A DNA stretch of 40,082 nt from Priapulus caudatus. Its lineage: Eukaryota. Location: positions 733,867 to 773,948 of the forward strand of contig NW_014577078.1 in NCBI RefSeq assembly GCF_000485595.1. Reading direction: 5' to 3'. Below are positions 34,052 through 40,082 of this stretch, piece by piece (position 1 is the stretch's first letter; the number at the start of each line of letters is the position of its first letter). The position numbers were made by a program, and so were the translations under genes. Under the pieces are notes generated by a model. That model saw only the letters and a program-made list of their open reading frames with translations. It had not been told where the DNA came from and ran no database searches.

Positions 34052-34255
34052 GAGTACCTTTGAATGTAGAGACTGGCCGTGACGAGGCGAGATAACGCAT
34101 AACGAATCGAGAGCTGGCTAATTATAATGCCTGTTATAGATGAAGTCGCGTCACCCATAACGCACTCACGCGGCGAGCTCAGTGGTCGGAGAATGCGCGC
34201 TGATGCTCAAAATTGATCCTGGTCCACACATATAGTGGCCGCTCGTCTGACCGAT

Positions 34256-34788
34256 GGCTAGCTACAGCAAGGCGTCGGCTACAGCAAGGCGTCGGCTACA
34301 GCAGGGCGTCGACTACAGAAGGGCTTCGGCTACAGCAAGGCGTTGACTACAGCAGGGCGTCGGCTACAGCAACGCGTCGGCTATAGCAAGGCGTAGACTA
34401 CAGCAAAGTGTCAGTTACAGCAGGGCGTCGGCTACAGCAAGGCGTCGACTACAGCAGGGCGTCGACTACAGCAAAGCGTCAGTTACAGCAAGGCGTCGGC
34501 TACAGCAGGGCGTCGGCTACAGCAGGGCGTCGGCTACAGCAAGGCGTCGGCTACAGCAGGACGACGGCTACATCAAGGCGTCGGCTACAGCAGGGCGTCG
34601 ACTACAGCAGAGCGTCGACTACAACAGGGGTTGACTACGGCATGGGTTGACTACGACAGAGGTTGACTACGACAGAGGTTGACTACGGCAGGGGTTGACT
34701 ACGACAGGGCTTTGACTACGACAGGGGTTGACTGCGGCAATGGTTAACTACGGCAGGGGTTGACTACGACAGGGCTTTGACTACGACG
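34256..34788. repeat. Minisatellite: 17-bp G(G/A)CTACAGCA(A/G)GGCGTC grading into 16-17-bp GACTACGACAGRGGTT
   Basis: About 21 plus 10 units counted approximately by eye. Confidence 0.95.
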
Positions 34789-35193
34789 GGTAGGATGAAT
34801 AATGAACATTCGACGCCTGGCGAAAATCCATCAATCTCTCCCAGGCGGCTATTAACGGCGGCGGCGCGGCCACGCTCGACGAGCGTTAACTCATTCTTTG
34901 TCGATATCTAATCCATGCGTTTAGATCGAGTTCGAGATCGGTGTCGGCACGATTATCAGCGACTGCAGCGGCGGCGCTGCTCGCATATGCATAATTGGCT
35001 GCCTTATTAAGCGACCAATTGCCCTATTATTGCTTTTTAAAGGACGGTCGCTTGAAATTTCCCGAACCGAAATGAGAAACATGATACGTGCGCTCGCGGG
35101 CATATAGTGGCGATGGTAACGTGCGCGCCATCGCGCCTATTGTGCGTGATGCCGTAACTAGCGTGTATGCCATAGATATATATCTATATATAG

Positions 35194-35233
35194 CAAGAGC
35201 TAATAAAGACAAATTTGTCTTTATTAACTCTTG
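35194..35233. mobile_element. 40-bp CAAGAG...CTCTTG palindrome, putative P-type footprint
   Basis: 20-bp arms with 1 mismatch, in an AT-dinucleotide context; TSD imperfect. Confidence 0.5.
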
Positions 35234-35752
35234 ATATATATCTATACACATGTGTATATAGAAGAGTACATGTGTATATCTATCATGCGCGCGCTTATTT
35301 AAGTAGCGTGCATGTTACGGCACGTGCGTAATTGCACGAACCTGACTAATTCCTATAAACATAAACAAAAGAGAACCGCTAACCTCTATCAAAAAATCCC
35401 GGCGAGCTGTTCCAACCGCTTGATGCATTTTCTAGCGTAAATAAGAGAGAACGAGGGAGAGAGGAATCTGTAGCGAGCACAAAACAAATTGAAGACATCG
35501 CTAAGTAGTTATCGCTAATGACTACTTTAAACATAAATAAAGCTGTACTTTCCGGTTGTTACATGTGGCATTAGAAAATAGGAAACGAACCAACCCGAGA
35601 GGCTAAAAGCATGCATTAAAATATATACCAACATCTCAAACATTAGTAAAAACTCTTTGTTCCTGTTTGATGGCTCTTCTATAATAAAAATTAACAAATC
35701 GGAGATGATGGAAAATGTAGAGAGACTAAAGACGAAAGGCAGAAAAGACGCC

Positions 35753-35869
35753 GTAAAAACTATTTTATTCATAAAAGCAGTAAAAACTATTTTATTCCTA
35801 AAAACAGTAAAAACTATTTTTTTCTTAAAAGCAGTAAAAACTATTTTATTCGTAAAAGCAGTAAAAACT
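35753..35869. repeat. 27-bp tandem repeat x4.3
   Basis: GTAAAAACT at 35753, 35780, 35807, 35834 and 35861. Confidence 0.9.
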
Positions 35870-36299
35870 GATTTATGCCTGCTCTACTATAGAACATATT
35901 AGGATAAGGGAAATCGGTAGAGAAGCCAGAGACAACAAAACTTTCTATCTGTTTGACATATCTTCTATTATAAGCAAATACGTAGCTAGATAGCTGTTGT
36001 AGAATCTGTAAGGAGCCCAAGATTGGAGAAAGAACTGTTAGTATCGTAGGTCAAGGTGTGTGCTTTACGCGTGTAAAACAGCGCTTGTTTTACAGACAAT
36101 AATACAACGAGTCTCGGGATGAGATCGTACCTCATCAACTGTTTATATAAACACGTAGAGTTGGAGGTGGCAAGGTAGCGGACCTCGTACTGTATATGGG
36201 ATTGAAATCCAATAACTAGGTACCTGACCACTGTTGCAATCTTTACAGGTTTTCTGGAAACTTTAGGCCTATTGCATCTTCCGCGTTATTTACTCAACG

Positions 36300-36620
36300 A
36301 TAAAGCAGGCGGATAGTTGAATTGCGAATCTGGACTAGGAAGAAGTTGATTAAGCACAGTGAAACAGCGTGAACACAGCTCCTTGTGGGACGCCTGAGGC
36401 AAGCAGCCAAATCTCTTGCCCTGCAAAGCTACTTTAATTGTTGTTGTTATTTAGGGAGCACCTGGTTCACTATAATTATAGAGGTTTCTTATGGATGCTA
36501 CTGCACTCGAATTTGAATTGTAGCTTTTGTCAGGAGGATTTTATGCAATTCAAAAAGTCTAGCGTAACTGTTTCCATCTGGCCTACATCATTTGATCATA
36601 TGCCCACGCCTGTCATAGTC
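36300..36620 (-). pseudogene. Highly decayed CR1/L2-type reverse transcriptase fragment
   Basis: Minus-strand peptides in RT order across frameshifts: DVGQMETVTLDF, HKILLTK, GVPQGAV (GVPQGA at 36377-36394). Confidence 0.5.
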
Positions 36621-37149
36621 ACCAGCAGTCAGGATTAGCGGTGTATCTTACAGGATCGGCACTTCCGGAATCCACGCTGGCAAGATTATGGTGCTTGACT
36701 TCGCCCTCTCCGCTGCTATTCAAGTAGTTATCGCAAGCCGATGTTGGCAGACGACGGAGCGTCGATTGTCACAGGAGAGTATTGCGCAATCACTAAAACA
36801 TCTGGAGAGACTAGTAAGCCTAGCGCTAATTATCATAGAGGGCCATTAATATTCTCCCCCCACACACACACATAGGCCGAAGCGTTTGTGCGAACTCAAC
36901 ATTGACGTTAATAAACGAACGGTCTGTAAATATAGCAGAGTTTGTACAATATGAATTTAGTTCGGAGCGTAAAATGATCAAACATGACGCTGTGCGTATG
37001 CGCGCAACAGTAATTTTCAAACGCGAGTTTTCGATATTTTATGATCGTGTATGTCTTGTCTTGTCTTTGACCATCCTCACGGATAAGAGGCGGAAATCAC
37101 AGATGATGCCAGCATCATTTCCTTCTAACTCTCTCCGATTTTTTGCAGA

Positions 37150-37520
37150 TTATAGTGTAGCTTCTCAAAGCTATGGTGCGACGTTCTGCACAATCAGATG
37201 TTCCGGACGTCTTCAGTATGGCGACATAATTATATGGATCAGTCTTGGGGCCATTCTCATTCTCCAGTCTCCACGGCTTTGTTGCACAACTTGCATAGAA
37301 ACTATAGGCTACAGTGTCATTGTCAACTTTTAAAAGCTCGACTGGTAACTCATCTACGATTGTAGCCTATTCTTTCGGAAGTCTCCGAATAGCAGCGGTA
37401 ACGCCTGGTTTCATGATTTCTGGGAATTCATCTCGCGTTATATCTTTACAGTCATCCACTATTTCAGACAACTTTTACATATCATTGAGATCTGTCGACA
37501 GGCGATTCCGCTCATCTTTG
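37150..37520 (-). pseudogene. Decayed RTE-clade LINE ORF fragment (pre-RT region)
   Basis: PEIMKPGVTAAIRRLPKE*ATIVDELPVELLK, LCNKAVETGE, EWPQD*, YVAILKTSGTSDCAERRTIALRS match the RTE pattern PEIL..EV..AI..L...KA.G.D.IP.ELLK / W.TGEWP.DW / C..HRTI.L.SH. Confidence 0.75.
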
Positions 37521-37835
37521 ATATTTCGGTGCCTAAGCTGAGATTTTTTCGCTATAATTTAATCAAAATGAAAGCTTTACGAGTGCGGTTATATATGTTG
37601 CAGGACTTGCTCTACTTGTTGGCCATGTTGGGCGACGTTTCTTTGGCTTTAAGCAACCGTCTCTCATTAATTAATTACACAGTGGTTTCTGATATCGATC
37701 GTTTCTTCTTTAGAAACGTGAATACCTCCATCAAAATTATCATATAACTAATAATATACAGGTTTCTGGTAACGCATTCACGATACTATAGAGGTAATAT
37801 AGTTAGATCTGTGAATTAAATATCCATACCCGGGC

Positions 37836-37856
37836 GGACAGACAGACAAACAGACA

Positions 37857-37940
<84 letters not shown>
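37836..37940. repeat. (CAGA)n-(CA)n microsatellite
   Basis: Seen directly. Confidence 0.95.
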
Positions 37941-37943
<3 letters not shown>

Positions 37944-38459
37944 ACATGCACACACAGTCCGTATTTACTCCTCCTTGTGAATAAATATAGTCCGTCAACA
38001 CATACATTATCTTGCCGTCCACACGGGCCGAGAGCGCGTGACAGATCGCTGGAACGCAGACAAGTGCTGTCCATCGTGCGCAAACACCGCTAATAGAGAA
38101 ACCATTCTAAATCCGTTCGAAGATTAATCACCGGCAGGGGGCGTCCGCTAGCTGCCTGGTGAGCGTCGTCGCCATTATACAGGCCATGTGGTTTAGTCCA
38201 TGCAATCAAGATTTGCCAGGAATAATCAGCTCATCTTCCAGCGCGTGAATCACACGGTTCTCTTCATTTTACACCTGCTGCTGCGCTTGCAATCGTGCAT
38301 TGTCGCAAATATGATTATTTCAGTAGTAGTTGTGACTTGTGATACATTATTGCTTTAGTATAGCCGGGTATGATCATTGTTGCTGTGCTTCTGGTATGAC
38401 CAAAATGAAGCACGACCATGTTTATCAAAATGTCGTGCTTATATCGTCTGGAATACTTT

Positions 38460-38793
38460 CATGTTCTATCAGAAAAACGTCCATGTTTTACGAGAAACAT
38501 GTAAACGTTAATTCTTAGAAACACGCATACGTTTAATCAGTAATAGTATATATGTCTTATGTAGAACGGTTCCATGTTTTCTCAGAAACACTCAAATGTA
38601 TTATAAAAACCACTTTTATGTGTTATCAGAAACATCTATGCGTCTTATAAAACACACGCCACGTGATATCAGAAAAACGTTCATGTTTTATCAGAAAGAA
38701 TTCAATGTTTTCCCAGAAAAACACCCCTGCTTTGTCAAAATTATTTAAGATTTGTTTTATCAGAAATAATTCTATGTTTTATCAGAAACACGT
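38460..38793. repeat. Degenerate ~22-bp minisatellite (CATGTTTTATCAGAAAAACGTT)
   Basis: Recurrent TGTTTTATCAGAAA core. Confidence 0.65.
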
Positions 38794-39440
38794 TGCTATT
38801 TCGTACTACGCGCGTAATAATATAAATTATTCACGACTTCATCCGCCTCATCTACACAAGCACATACAGCGGCGTGGTTAATTCGAGAGCTTGTTCTCAA
38901 GATTACACATCGAAGTTAAATATAACCGAGTCAGCAGCTTATACCGTCGAGATAGAAAACATTAGACACGGAAAATGATCAGCGCACACGTACGGATTAC
39001 AAATACATGGTCGCGGGGATTAGTTGACCACGACGACCATCTTCCCCGAACATTCGTCTTCTAATAGCAGCTACACGTGAACCACCGCTGAAGCGGATGG
39101 CGGAGCATGGCGAGTATGGTAGCGCTGCTTGGGGGGAGGGGGGATGATTGCCTTTGTTTAAGCTTGTCTGACGTAACAGCATATCAAGTTATGGATTCCG
39201 ACAGCGCTCCCATTGATTACCCGCCGCGACTTATGTTACGTGCCACCGTGGCGACGGCCGGCGGCGGCGGCCGAAGGAGTTCTGTTGCCATGGGAAACAG
39301 ATGAGGTCTTTACTACGAGGGTAAATGAAAGTGGCTGGTGATTCTCTTCGGCAAGAACTGAGAACGAGATGGGAGTATATATATATATAGTACAGGTATA
39401 ATATATAAGTATACGTGCGTGTAGGCGTGTGGGCGCGTGG

Positions 39441-39442
<2 letters not shown>

Positions 39443-39473
<31 letters not shown>

Positions 39474-39498
39474 GTGCTGTGTGAGAGAGAAGAGAGAG

Positions 39499-39536
<38 letters not shown>

Positions 39537-39545
39537 CGAGAGAGC
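39443..39545. repeat. (GT)n then (GA)n microsatellites
   Basis: Seen directly. Confidence 0.9.
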
Positions 39546-39863
39546 GAAGGGTAGGCGGACAATGGCCAGAGACGATTACCAAAACTGAGGAACGAACAAA
39601 GTGGCATCGAGAAGGACAAGCGCAACAAGACGATCCGCCATGGAGTATACAACTGAACGTATATTGCAACCATCAGAGGCCCAGCATATCGCAAGCGCCG
39701 AATGGATGAGAAACGGAGAGGAGAAGAGCAATAGCAACTGCAAGAGCCGGAATCCGCCGATCTAGAAAAAGAACGAGCGGCCGTAGGAACGGCGGAAAGA
39801 GCGCTGAGAAAACTAGACGCTGAAGCTAAATGAACGGAAGCACGAGCCAATCTAGAAATACAC

Positions 39864-40065
39864 ACAGAGAGGGGGAGAGATTAGGAGCAGAGCAAGCAGA
39901 CGAGAAAGGAGGAGCGAGGGCCCTGAGAGAGAGAGGGAGCGGAGGTGAGGAGGAAAGGAGGGAGGGAGAGAGGGAATGAGGGAGGCGAGGAGGCTGAGCC
40001 GAGGGAGGGAAGGTAGCGAGGAGGCGAGGGAAGGAGGGAGGAGAAGAAGGAGCGAGGAAGGAAGG
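39864..40065. repeat. Purine-rich (GA/GGA) low-complexity tract
   Basis: Seen directly. Confidence 0.85.
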
Positions 40066-40082
40066 TTGAAAATAAAATCGAA

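Noticed and set aside
34408..34650. Repeat protein (RRLQQGVDYSRAS)
   Set aside because: Translation of a 17-bp non-triplet minisatellite.
39284..39298. RFX X-box-like GTTGCCATGGGAAAC
   Set aside because: Single imperfect match with no linked gene start identifiable in the window.
39236..39865. 209-aa minus-strand ORF
   Set aside because: Runs through (GA)n and (GT)n microsatellites and has no recognisable domain.

Overview
This is eukaryotic (metazoan, probably invertebrate) genomic DNA, rich in repeats, with three short N-gaps (2744-2753, 7129-7139, 9962-9971). Most ORFs in the supplied track are artefacts of microsatellites. One host gene can be reconstructed by hand on the + strand: about 16 exons over 16649-27037, about 714 aa. 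It has KASH5/LRMP architecture: an N-terminal EF-hand pair, a KASH-CCD-like coiled coil, a Cys/Asp repeat linker, a TM helix and a luminal KASH peptide ending GPHPI. In this allele exon 7 carries a 120-bp tandem duplication of its acceptor and a 68-bp locally templated insertion at its donor. About 1.9 kb downstream lies a 3.5-kb fold-back Academ transposon whose ~1.5-kb inverted arms both contain transposase-protein coding sequence, an arrangement resembling maize Mu killer. The window also holds a GC-rich island of two intronless orphan ORFs (one secreted with a furin site, one single-pass membrane), a Harbinger transposase pseudogene, many MITEs with 6-, 8- or 9-bp TSDs, Helitron/Helentron relics, decayed RTE and CR1/L2 LINE fragments, and four 39-46 bp CA(A/G)GAG palindromes that resemble P-element excision footprints. 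All family assignments come from motif recognition by eye; no searches were run.
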